Position numbers and translations under genes: made by a program. The notes beneath the pieces are model-generated. The model did no database searches. It was not told the DNA's origin and saw only the letters and a program-made list of their open reading frames with translations. DNA of 64,000 bases, taken from assembly GCA_035502035.1 (NCBI GenBank), contig DATJUZ010000059.1, positions 6,650 to 70,649 on the forward strand, written 5' to 3'. This DNA comes from Thermoplasmata archaeon. GTDB taxonomy: Archaea; Thermoplasmatota; Thermoplasmata; Lutacidiplasmatales; UBA184. Positions 36,767 through 44,888 of this stretch are shown here, one piece after another. How positions within the stretch are numbered: position 1 is the first letter of the stretch; each line of letters begins with the position of its first letter.

Positions 36767-37972
36767 GTGCGGATCGCCTACTTCTCCGACTCCTACCCGC
36801 CGATGCGCGACGGCGTCGCGCACGTCGCGAGCGACCTCGCCCGCACGGTCGCCGCGCAGGGCCACGAGGTCCGCGTGTACGCCCCCCGGCCCGGTCCGAG
36901 CGACCGGGTCCCGCGCGAGGAGGTGAGCGACGGCGTGACCGTCCGCCGCCTCGCGTCGCTGCCGGTCCCGCTCTACGGCCAGTACCGCTGGCCGGTGTTC
37001 CCGTTCCGCGTCGTCCGCGAGGCCGCCCGGGACGCCGAGGTCGTCCACCTCCACACGCCGGGGCTGCTCGGCACGAGCGGCTTCCTCGCCGCACGCCACG
37101 CGCGCCGGCCGCTGGTCGGCACGTTCCACACGAACCTGGACGCGATGCGCGCGAGCGTCCCGCGCAAGCTGCTCGTCCCGCTGTTCTTCCGCGTCGCCTG
37201 GTGGTACAACCTCGGGACGTACTACCGCTGCACCGTCACGACCGCCCCGAGCGAGGCGGCCCGCGCGACGCTCCTGGCGAGCTCGAGCAAGCCGTTCCGC
37301 CGCCCGGTGGAGGTCGTGCCGAACGGGATCGATCTGGACCGCTTCCGTCCGGGGGCGGCGGTGCCGGACTGGCGCTCGCGCTGCGGGCTCGGCGGCGGTC
37401 CGCTCGTCACGTTCCTCGGCCGGCTCACGGTCGACAAGGGGGTGCTACGGTTCCTGGACGGGTTCGCGCGCGCGGCCGAGGAGACCGACGTCGTCGGGAT
37501 CGTCGGCGGCTCCGGCCCCGAGGAGGCCGCGGTGCGCGCGCGGATCGCCTCCGACCCGCGCCTCGCCGCCCGCCTGCGCTACGTCGGGCCGGTCGCCGAG
37601 GAGGAGAAGGCGGCGCTCCTCGGCCAGTCGGACCTGTTCGTCCTCCCGTCGACGAGCGACACGTCGAGCGTCGCCCTCCTCGAGGCGATGGCGTGCGGCG
37701 CCGCGGTCGTCGCCCCGAGCGAGGGGGGCGCCTCCGAGGTCGTGCAGGACGGCCGGACCGGCCGGGTCGGGAACGCCCGCTCGGCCGACGACCTCGGGCG
37801 GCTGCTGGTCGAGCTCGCGGGGGCGCCGGCCGAACGCGCGCGCCTCGGCCGCGCCGCCGCCGCGTGGGTCCGCGAGAACCGCTCCCTGGAGGCGATGGCT
37901 CGGCGCTTTATCTCCCTCTACCGCTCGGTGCTCGAGGAGCAGGGTCAGCGTGGCCACGGTCTCGTCGGTTGA
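36767..37972 (+). CDS. Glycosyltransferase family 4 (GT-B, Glycos_transf_1)
   Basis: 401 aa. Starts MRIAYFSDSYPPMRDGVAHV. C-terminal FVLPSTSDTSSVALLEAMACGAAVVA (E-x7-E-like) motif. Confidence 0.8.
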   Translation: MRIAYFSDSYPPMRDGVAHVASDLARTVAAQGHEVRVYAPRPGPSDRVPREEVSDGVTVRRLASLPVPLYGQYRWPVFPFRVVREAARDAEVVHLHTPGLLGTSGFLAARHARRPLVGTFHTNLDAMRASVPRKLLVPLFFRVAWWYNLGTYYRCTVTTAPSEAARATLLASSSKPFRRPVEVVPNGIDLDRFRPGAAVPDWRSRCGLGGGPLVTFLGRLTVDKGVLRFLDGFARAAEETDVVGIVGGSGPEEAAVRARIASDPRLAARLRYVGPVAEEEKAALLGQSDLFVLPSTSDTSSVALLEAMACGAAVVAPSEGGASEVVQDGRTGRVGNARSADDLGRLLVELAGAPAERARLGRAAAAWVRENRSLEAMARRFISLYRSVLEEQGQRGHGLVG

Positions 37973-38999
37973 GCTCCAGGGCGTCGCCCGTCGCCTCGCG
38001 GCCGAGCGGTTCGACGAGCACGCCGAGCGCGGGCTCGCGCGGGCCTACGAGGAGTTCGTCGGCCGCCGCCGGCGCGCCGTCGGCCCGATCTCGCTGACGG
38101 TCGACGGCCGACCGTTCCCGAACCTCTACGCCGTCCTGGCCGACCCGACCGCGAAGTTCGCCACCGGCGAGCTCCGCTTCGAGGGTCGGTCGGTCGCGCC
38201 GTCCGACTGGGAGTTCCTGCCGACGTTCGAGCGGGTCGTCTTCCATGACGACGGCTCCGCCGACCTCGTCCCGGCCGACGGCTCGGCCCCCCGGCGGGCG
38301 ATCGCCCGCGTGCTCCTGCGGGAGCACTATCTCGTCCGCTCCCGCTCCGAGGACGCCCCGGAAGGGCCGACGGCGGCGCCGAAGGTCCCGAGCCTGGTCG
38401 GGACGCTCCAGCAGGGGACCGCGATCTGTCGGGCCGCGGGGGTCCTGCCGTTCGCGGTCGCGCTCCTGCTCTACCTCGCCGAGGAGCGGGCGCGGCTCGA
38501 GATCGACATCGTCCACGGCGAGCTCCTCCGCGACCCGAGGGCCGGGCGCCTCGCCGCGGCGCGGCGGGTCCCCCGCCCCTCCCGGCTCGCCTGGGGGCTC
38601 GACCGGAAGCTCGGGCGCGGCCACCTGTCGCTGCTCGCGGCGCGGTCGCTCGAGGTGCTCGTCGAGTCGAACGGGCTGACGAGCGTCGACCTCGCCCACG
38701 TCTTCGGGGGGGTCCGCGAGCTGGTCGACTCGGCGCTCCAGGCGCTCGTCCAACAGCGCCTCGCGACGTTCGACGGCCGGACCGGCATCTACCGCGCCCG
38801 GCTCGAGGCGTTCTCCCCGGCCGCCGAGGAGACCGGGAGACCGATCGCGCCGGTCCGGCCGGAGCTCCGCTCGAGCGTGCAGGAGCTGCTCGCCGCCGCG
38901 GACGCGAAGGCGCTCTGCCCCCTGTGCGGGATCCGCGTCCCGACCGGTCCGAGCTACCTGCTCTGCGACGAGTGCGCGAGCAGCGTCGGTCTCCCGTAG
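37950..38999 (+). CDS. Hypothetical protein with wHTH-like segment and C-terminal zinc ribbon
   Basis: 349 aa in a GC3-rich frame with no internal Met (GTG start, uncertain). Contains LTSVDLAHVFGGVRELVDSALQALVQQRLATFDGRTGIYRA and the terminal CPLCGIRVPTGPSYLLCDEC. No family recognised. Confidence 0.5.
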   Translation: MATVSSVELQGVARRLAAERFDEHAERGLARAYEEFVGRRRRAVGPISLTVDGRPFPNLYAVLADPTAKFATGELRFEGRSVAPSDWEFLPTFERVVFHDDGSADLVPADGSAPRRAIARVLLREHYLVRSRSEDAPEGPTAAPKVPSLVGTLQQGTAICRAAGVLPFAVALLLYLAEERARLEIDIVHGELLRDPRAGRLAAARRVPRPSRLAWGLDRKLGRGHLSLLAARSLEVLVESNGLTSVDLAHVFGGVRELVDSALQALVQQRLATFDGRTGIYRARLEAFSPAAEETGRPIAPVRPELRSSVQELLAAADAKALCPLCGIRVPTGPSYLLCDECASSVGLP

Positions 39000-39007
39000 G
39001 GTGCGGG

Positions 39008-39114
39008 CGGGCCTGTCGGGAGTTCCCGTCCCGGGGCGCGCGTCCCCGGGACCTTTGAACCCGAGATTGCTGGCTTAGAAGGCCAGTACTTTGTCCAGGC
39101 TAAGCTACAGGCCC
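39008..39114 (-). tRNA. tRNA-Arg (anticodon UCU) with a 32-nt intron in the T-loop (between positions 59 and 60)
   Basis: Read on the minus strand:
- Acceptor GGGCCUG/CAGGCCC with discriminator G. U8 and A9 present.
- D-arm GCUU-AGCCUGGACA-AAGU.
- Anticodon arm CUGGC-CUUCUAA-GCCAG (anticodon 39079-39077).
- T-stem UCGGG/CCCGA. T-loop UUCAAA + U is restored by removing 39053-39022.
- No encoded CCA. Confidence 0.75.
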
Positions 39115-39233
39115 GCGGCCCTCGGAGGGAGGACGAACCGTAAGAACCTGCCGGGGGAGCGGCAGGGGCGTCGGCCGCCGGCGGGGCGGGCCGGGTCTCC
39201 TCGCGCGCGTGCAACGACGCCGGGTCCGTCGGG

Positions 39234-39899
39234 CTACCGCCGGTTCGGGTTGCTCCGGCGCCGGGGAGCGCGCGGTCGCCCGGTGCGGGAGGAGCCTCGG
39301 CGGTCGGACGGAACCGGCACCGTCCGGCGCCCCGGGGCGGCGGAGGAGGCGACGAGGTGGGCGAGGCGGAGCGGCTCCGGCCAGAACCCGCGGGCCGCCG
39401 CCCGGCGGAGCAGCCACGCCGCGTCCTCCGCGCGGCACCCGGCGCTCGCCGCGAGGATCGGCTTACCGCCGGTCGGCACGGGCGCGAGCCGGTGCGCTCG
39501 GAGAAGGCCGAGACGCGCCTCGGCGCTCCGCGGGAACCAGCGACGGAGCGCGGCGGCGATCCTCGAGAACTCCGGCGGGCGCCGGGTCACCGCGACGACC
39601 GGTAGGCGAGTCGCCTCGTGCAAGAGATCGAGGTCGAGGACATTGAACCCGCCGACGACCGCGCCGTCGAGCAGGAGCGCCCGCGCGCCTTCGAGCGGGC
39701 CGAGGGAGCGGACGAGACGGAGCACCTGGCGGGTCCCGTCGGTCCCATCGACCCGCACCCGGCCGACGCGGGCCGCCTCGAGACGCTCGGGGAGGCGCAC
39801 GACGACCGCGGCGATCGGGGCGTAGACGTCCCCCCGGCGGAACGCCCCGTCGTCGACCGCGACGACCGTCGGATGGGGCTTGGCGAGCGCGCGCCGCAA
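39234..39899 (-). CDS. DUF99 / UPF0215 family protein (endonuclease V-like fold)
   Basis: C-terminal part of track ORF 39234..40847: ...PTVVAVDDGAFRRGDVYAPIAAVVVR...RVDGTDGT...LLLDGAVVGGFNVLDLDLLHEATRLPVVAVTRRPPE. Start tentatively placed at TTG 39899. Low-complexity basic C-terminal tail. Confidence 0.6.
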   Translation of the reverse strand: MRRALAKPHPTVVAVDDGAFRRGDVYAPIAAVVVRLPERLEAARVGRVRVDGTDGTRQVLRLVRSLGPLEGARALLLDGAVVGGFNVLDLDLLHEATRLPVVAVTRRPPEFSRIAAALRRWFPRSAEARLGLLRAHRLAPVPTGGKPILAASAGCRAEDAAWLLRRAAARGFWPEPLRLAHLVASSAAPGRRTVPVPSDRRGSSRTGRPRAPRRRSNPNRR

Positions 39900-39932
39900 C
39901 GCTAAGACCCCGGAGCCGGTTCTCGGGGGAGG

Positions 39933-40862
39933 ATGGGAGCGCCGACGGCCTCGATGCGGTGCCCGCGCTGCGGGACCCCGCTGCGCGCCGCGCTCGCCCC
40001 GGCGCCGTCGACCCAGTGGTTCCCGTGCCCGCACTGTCGGACGCCGGTCCCGTTCCTCGTCCCGCGGGACCTCCCGGCGCTGTACTCGTGGGAGGTGCTG
40101 CCGGGACTTTACCCCATGGTCTCGGTCCCGCGTCGCCCCCGATGGTCGTGGAGGCGGTCGGTCTCGGTCGCGCTCGTGGCGGCGGCGGTCCTCGCGGCCG
40201 TCGCCGCGGCGCTTCTCGCCGAGGCCGGCGTGACGGGGTCCGAGCCGACCCACTACGTCGTCTCGGGGATCGTCTACGAGCACCTCGCCAACGGCCACGT
40301 CGCCCGGGCGGTCGGGGCGAGCGTCGTGCTGAGCACGGACGACAACGCCTCGGTACGTCGTCTCGTCACCGGACCGAACGGCTCGTTCACGTTCGCGGGC
40401 GTCCCCGACGGCGGGATCGAGCTGAACGTCACCGCCGCGAGCTTCGCCCCGACCGTCGTCTACACGTTCGCCTCGCGGGCGTACGCCGACCCGACCCGCG
40501 GGTTGAACGTCAGCCTCTACCCGGCCCCGGCGAACACGACGTACGACGTCCTCACCGACTTCCCCGACCTCGCGAGCTTCCTCGCCTACGCCGGAGGGGC
40601 CGCGACGCTCGTCGGGATCGCCGCGGTCGCCGCGAGCGTCGGCGCCTATCTCGTCCGACGTCCGGAGGGGACCGTCGCGGCGGTCGTCGGGAGCGCGGCC
40701 GTGATCACGGTCCCCGCGATCGTCCTGCTGTTCTCGCTCGACCAGGCGTTCCCGCTGGTGACCGCCGTGGGCTCGCTCGCCGGGGCGTTCGGCGCGTTCG
40801 CGGTCGTGCTCGCCGCGGCCGACCTCGCGAACGGGACCGACCGCCACCCGCGTCCGGTCTAG
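39933..40862 (+). CDS. Membrane protein with N-terminal double zinc ribbon, an extracytoplasmic carboxypeptidase-regulatory-like domain and C-terminal TM helices (hypothetical)
   Basis: 309 aa. Starts MRCPRCGTPL...WFPCPHCRTPV, then one TM helix. Followed by YVVSGIVYEHLANGHV...VTGPNGSFTFAGVPDGGIELNVTAASFAP with several sequons, then 2-3 C-terminal TM helices. GGAGG precedes the ATG. Confidence 0.55.
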   Translation: MGAPTASMRCPRCGTPLRAALAPAPSTQWFPCPHCRTPVPFLVPRDLPALYSWEVLPGLYPMVSVPRRPRWSWRRSVSVALVAAAVLAAVAAALLAEAGVTGSEPTHYVVSGIVYEHLANGHVARAVGASVVLSTDDNASVRRLVTGPNGSFTFAGVPDGGIELNVTAASFAPTVVYTFASRAYADPTRGLNVSLYPAPANTTYDVLTDFPDLASFLAYAGGAATLVGIAAVAASVGAYLVRRPEGTVAAVVGSAAVITVPAIVLLFSLDQAFPLVTAVGSLAGAFGAFAVVLAAADLANGTDRHPRPV

Positions 40863-40866
40863 CCGC

Positions 40867-41364
40867 TCAGCCCGGCTCCGGCGCGTCGGACGCCATCGAC
40901 CGCGCCCGGGACGGGAGCGGGCGGCGGCCGGCGAACCCCGACTCGAGGGTGTGGTAGAACCCGACCTCGCCCTCGTCCAGGCGCCAGCAGAGGTAGACGA
41001 GCTCGCCGTCGAGGAGCCCGTAGAAGTCGACCAGCCCGCTCTCGAGCTGTTTCACCTCGATCCCCTCGGCGGCGAGCGCCCGTACCGACTCGTCCAGCCG
41101 TCGGGTCAGGTTGCGCCACTCCGCCTCGAGGCGCTCCTTCAGCCCGTGGTCGGGGTGGTCGCGCGCGCCGAGCTCCTCGCCCCAGAAGCGGGCGAGCCGG
41201 GCGAGCTCCCCGTGGACCTCGGTAAGGCGGCCGGCCCAGGCCCGCAGGTTCGGCAGCAGCTCCCGCAGCGCGGGCAGCCGCGCGTTCGCCTCCTCGGCGG
41301 TCCAGAGCCGTCCCGGCCCGTCGCTCGTCTCCCGGCGAGCGGCGGGTGTCCCCCGCGCGGGCAT
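40867..41364 (-). CDS. DUF2203 family protein
   Basis: 165 aa from ATG 41364. Contains LWTAEEANARLPAL... and C-terminal GIEVKQLESGLVDFYGLLDGELVYLCWRLDEGEVGFYHTLESGFAGRRPL, matching the DUF2203 pattern from memory. Confidence 0.65.
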   Translation of the reverse strand: MPARGTPAARRETSDGPGRLWTAEEANARLPALRELLPNLRAWAGRLTEVHGELARLARFWGEELGARDHPDHGLKERLEAEWRNLTRRLDESVRALAAEGIEVKQLESGLVDFYGLLDGELVYLCWRLDEGEVGFYHTLESGFAGRRPLPSRARSMASDAPEPG

Positions 41365-41463
41365 CCCGTCCGTCCGATGCCGGAGCCGGTATTTAGGCGC
41401 GCGATGGCCGCCGCGTAATCGCCCAACCGTTAAAGACGGACCGGGGCTCGCTCGGCGACCATC

Positions 41464-42525
41464 GTGCAGGCCGTCGTGAAATCGCGCCGCGGCCCGGGCG
41501 GGGAGATCCGCACGGTCCCGACGCCCAGCCCCCAGGAGGACGAGGTGCTCGTCCGCGTGCGGGCCTCCTCCGTCTGCGGGACCGACGTCCACCTCTGGGA
41601 CTGGAACCCGTGGGCGGAGGCACGCGTCCGCCGTCTCCCGCTGATCCTCGGCCACGAGCTCAGCGGGGAGGTCGTGGAGCTCGGCCGCGCCGTCCGCAGC
41701 CTCGCGGTCGGGGACCACGTCTCCGCCGAGACCCACATCGTCGACGGGACGTGCTACCAGTGCCGGACGGGGCGGATGCACGTCTGCGAGAACGTCCAGG
41801 TCCTCGGGGTCGACCACGACGGGGTCTTCGCCGAGTTCGCGCTCCTTCCGGAGCGGAACGCCTGGAAGAACGACCCGGCGCTCGAGCCGGAGATCGCGAG
41901 CGTCCAGGAGCCGCTCGGCAACGCCGTGCACTCCCTCCTCCCGGAGGACACGGTCGAGGACCTCGCCGGCAAGCGCCTGCTCGTCACCGGCTGCGGGCCG
42001 ATCGGCCTCATGGCGATCGCCGCGGCGAAGACGTTCGGCGCGGAGACGGTCGTCGCGACGGAGGTCAACCCGCTGCGGGCCGAGCTCGCGCGCACGATGG
42101 GCGCGGACGCGGTCCTCGACCCGACCGAAGAGCCGGCGGGGCTCGCCGAGCGCGTCCGCGCGGCCAGCGGGGGCCGGGGCGTCGACGTCGCGCTCGAGAT
42201 GAGCGGGCACCCGGCCTCGCTCGCGCTCGTCTTCGAGGCGCTCACCGCGGGCGGCCGGGTCTCGCTGCTCGGCCTGTTCGACCGCCCGGCGACCCTGGAC
42301 GTCGACAACGCGCTCGTCCTGAAGGCCGCCCAGGTCCACGGGATCTTCGGTCGGCGGATGTTCGCGACGTGGTACCAGGTCAAGAGCCTCCTCGCGCGCG
42401 CGGCGTTCCGCGAGAAGGTCCGCTCGATCATCACCCACCGCGTGCCGATCCCCGAGGTCGGCCGCGCGATGGAGCTGATCGCCTCGAAGCAGGCGGCCAA
42501 GGTCTCGCTGGAGGCGCGCTGGTGA
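41464..42525 (+). CDS. tdh: L-threonine 3-dehydrogenase (zinc-dependent MDR family)
   Basis: 353 aa. Contains VCGTDVHLWDWNPWA, GHELSGEVVELG and a CYQCRTGRMHVC structural-zinc loop, followed by kbl. GTG start with a TTAAAG box about 30 nt upstream. Confidence 0.85.
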   Translation: MQAVVKSRRGPGGEIRTVPTPSPQEDEVLVRVRASSVCGTDVHLWDWNPWAEARVRRLPLILGHELSGEVVELGRAVRSLAVGDHVSAETHIVDGTCYQCRTGRMHVCENVQVLGVDHDGVFAEFALLPERNAWKNDPALEPEIASVQEPLGNAVHSLLPEDTVEDLAGKRLLVTGCGPIGLMAIAAAKTFGAETVVATEVNPLRAELARTMGADAVLDPTEEPAGLAERVRAASGGRGVDVALEMSGHPASLALVFEALTAGGRVSLLGLFDRPATLDVDNALVLKAAQVHGIFGRRMFATWYQVKSLLARAAFREKVRSIITHRVPIPEVGRAMELIASKQAAKVSLEARW

Positions 42526-43724
42526 CGGCCGCGCGGCACCCGACCGACTTCCTCGCCCGCGAGTACCGCGAGCTCGTCGACGCCGACCTGGACTGGAAGC
42601 TCCGCGTCCTCTCCGGCCCGAGCGTCCCGTCGTGCACCATCGACGGCCGGACGGTGCTGATGCTCTGCTCGAACAACTACCTCGGCCTCTCCGACCATCC
42701 GAAGCTGAAGGCGGCGGCGATCGAGGCGGTCCGCACGCACGGCGCCGGTTCGGGGTCGGTGCGGCCGATCGCGGGCACGATGGACCTGCACGTCGAGCTG
42801 GAGCGGCGCCTGGCCCGCTTCAAGGAGGCGGAGGGCTCCCTCGTCTACCAGACCGGCTTCGCGGCGAACGCCGGCCTCATCCCGCAGCTCGCGGGCGAGG
42901 GGGACCTGATCGTCAGCGACGAGCTGAATCACGGGAGCATCATCGACGGCGTCCGGCTCGCGCGCGCCGAGCGGGCGGTCTTCCGCCACGCCCAGCCGGA
43001 CGACCTCGCGCGCGTGCTCGGCGAGGCGGAACGGCACGTCCCGGCGTACCGCCGGATCCTCGTGATCACGGACGGGGTCTTCTCGATGGACGGCGACATC
43101 GCGCCGCTCGACCGGATCGCCCCGCTCTGCTCCGAGCACGGCGCGATGCTCTACGTCGACGACGCGCACGGCGAGGGGGTCCTCGGCCGGGGCGGCCGGG
43201 GGATCGTCAGCCACTTCGGCCTCTCGCGCGAGCTCGTGCACGTCGAGATGGGAACGTTCTCGAAGGCGTTCGGCGTCGTCGGCGGCCACGTCTCCGGCTC
43301 GCAGGACCTCGTGCGGTTCGCCCTCAACAAGTCGAGGACCTGGCTGCTGAGCGGCTCGCACCCGCCGGCGGTCGCGGCGGCGTGCACGGCAGCGATCGAC
43401 GTCCTCGAGCAGGAGCCCCAGCACGTCGAGCGCCTCTGGAGCCTCACGCGTCGTTTCCGCTCCGCGCTCCAGCAGCGGGGGTTCGACACCGGTGGCAGCG
43501 CGACCCCGATCGTCCCGGTGATCATCGGCGACAGCGCCCGGGCGAAGCGGATGAGCCAGCGCTTGTTCGAGCTCGGGGTCTTCGCCCTCCCGATCGTCTT
43601 CCCGATGGTCGCCCGCGACCGGGCGCGGATCCGCACGATCATGAACGCGGCGCTCACCGACGAGCAGCTGGGGGCGGCGATCGACGCCTTCGGCCAGGCC
43701 GGGGCCGAGCTCGGGGTCGTGTAG
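42522..43724 (+). CDS. kbl: 2-amino-3-ketobutyrate CoA ligase (glycine C-acetyltransferase)
   Basis: 400 aa from a GTG in a GTGA overlap with the tdh stop. Contains CSNNYLGLSDHP, DELNHGSIIDG, VDDAHGEGVLG and GTFSKAFG (PLP lysine) motifs. Confidence 0.9.
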   Translation: MTAARHPTDFLAREYRELVDADLDWKLRVLSGPSVPSCTIDGRTVLMLCSNNYLGLSDHPKLKAAAIEAVRTHGAGSGSVRPIAGTMDLHVELERRLARFKEAEGSLVYQTGFAANAGLIPQLAGEGDLIVSDELNHGSIIDGVRLARAERAVFRHAQPDDLARVLGEAERHVPAYRRILVITDGVFSMDGDIAPLDRIAPLCSEHGAMLYVDDAHGEGVLGRGGRGIVSHFGLSRELVHVEMGTFSKAFGVVGGHVSGSQDLVRFALNKSRTWLLSGSHPPAVAAACTAAIDVLEQEPQHVERLWSLTRRFRSALQQRGFDTGGSATPIVPVIIGDSARAKRMSQRLFELGVFALPIVFPMVARDRARIRTIMNAALTDEQLGAAIDAFGQAGAELGVV

Positions 43725-43828
43725 GGCGGACCGCCGGTCCCTCTACGCGCGCGTTCGGGAGCCCGCCGACCCCGCGCGCGCGGACCGGGCCGTTCCCTCT
43801 CGGAGAAACGTCGAATTTATCCGGGCCG

Positions 43829-43835
43829 TTATATA
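43829..43835 (+). promoter_or_regulatory. TATA box of the ribosomal protein operon
   Basis: TTATATA (with a second AATTTAT 10 nt upstream) lies about 50 nt before the rpl3 ATG. It is the only AT island in the 162-nt intergenic region. Confidence 0.5.
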
Positions 43836-43886
43836 CCGAACCTTTCTCCCCCGTCCCCACCTGAAGGGGGGGACCCCTATCGACCC

Positions 43887-44888
43887 ATGGCACGACGTCA
43901 CCGACCGAGGCGCGGCTCGCTGGCGTACTCGCCGCGCTCGCGCTCGGTCCGGCCCGTCCCCCGCATCCGCTCCTGGCCACCCGGCCCGAAGGCCCCGGCG
44001 ATCGAGGGGTTCGCCGGCTTCAAGGTCGGGATGACCCACGCCTTCCTGGTCGACTACCGCAAGCGGTCGACGACCGCCGGCCAGGAGGTCGCCGTCCCCG
44101 TCACCGTCGTCGAGGTGCCGCCGCTGAAGGTCGTCGGCGCCCGCCTCTACGCCCGGGCGCCGTACGGTCTGCGCATCGTCGGGGAGGTCTGGAGGGAGGA
44201 CGGCTCGGCCGAGCTCGCGCGCCGCCTGCCGCACCACCCGAGCTCCTCGGCGGAGGCGGTCGCGCGGTTCGGCTCGACGGTCGGGGACGAGGTCCGCCTG
44301 ATCGCTCGGACGCACCCGGAGCACGTCACCGGCGTGCCGTCCAAGACCCCGACGCTCTTCGAGCTCCGGGTCTCCGGCGAGGCGTTCGCGGACCGCCGCT
44401 CCTTCGCCCTCGCCCAGCTGGGCGAGGAGCTCTCCGTCGACAAGATGGCGCACGAGGGGGAGTTCGTCGACGTCATCGGCGTGACGAAGGGGTTCGGCTT
44501 CCAGGGCCACATCCAGCGCTGGGGCGTCAAGCTCCAGCCCCGAAAGAACTCGAAGCACCGGCGCATGATCGGCACGCTCGGGCCCCACAACCCGAGCTTC
44601 GTCACCTACCGCATCCCCCAGGCCGGCCAGCAGGGCTACCACCGAAGGACGCAGTTCAACCTCCGCGTCCTCAAGGTCGTCCGCGACCCGAAGTCCGACC
44701 CGATCACCCCGGCGGGAGGGTTCCCGCACTACGGCGAGGTGCGGAGCGCCTGCGTCGTCCTCCACGGCTCGATCCCGGGTCCGGCGAAGCGCCTGCTTCG
44801 GTTCCGCAGCCCGATCCGCAGCCGCGTCGCCTCCGTCGAAAAGGTCGACGTGCGCTATCTGAGCACGCGCTCCAAGCAGGGAGGATGA
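43887..44888 (+). CDS. rpl3: 50S ribosomal protein L3 (uL3)
   Basis: 333 aa. Contains RRGSLAYSPR, FAGFKVGMTH and GFQGHIQRWG motifs. First gene of the conserved cluster. Confidence 0.95.
   Translation: MARRHRPRRGSLAYSPRSRSVRPVPRIRSWPPGPKAPAIEGFAGFKVGMTHAFLVDYRKRSTTAGQEVAVPVTVVEVPPLKVVGARLYARAPYGLRIVGEVWREDGSAELARRLPHHPSSSAEAVARFGSTVGDEVRLIARTHPEHVTGVPSKTPTLFELRVSGEAFADRRSFALAQLGEELSVDKMAHEGEFVDVIGVTKGFGFQGHIQRWGVKLQPRKNSKHRRMIGTLGPHNPSFVTYRIPQAGQQGYHRRTQFNLRVLKVVRDPKSDPITPAGGFPHYGEVRSACVVLHGSIPGPAKRLLRFRSPIRSRVASVEKVDVRYLSTRSKQGG

Noticed and set aside
33156-38097. 894-aa minus-strand ORF and 957/1055-aa plus-strand ORFs across the mevalonate operon and GT4 gene
   Set aside because: Antisense or out-of-frame read-through enabled by stop-codon scarcity. 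Only the C-terminal 263 aa of the 957-aa ORF (35948-36739) looks like real protein.
38954-39214. 86-aa minus-strand ORF and neighbouring short ORFs around 39000-39440
   Set aside because: It overlaps the tRNA-Arg gene and is Pro/Ala/Arg-rich, so it is spurious.
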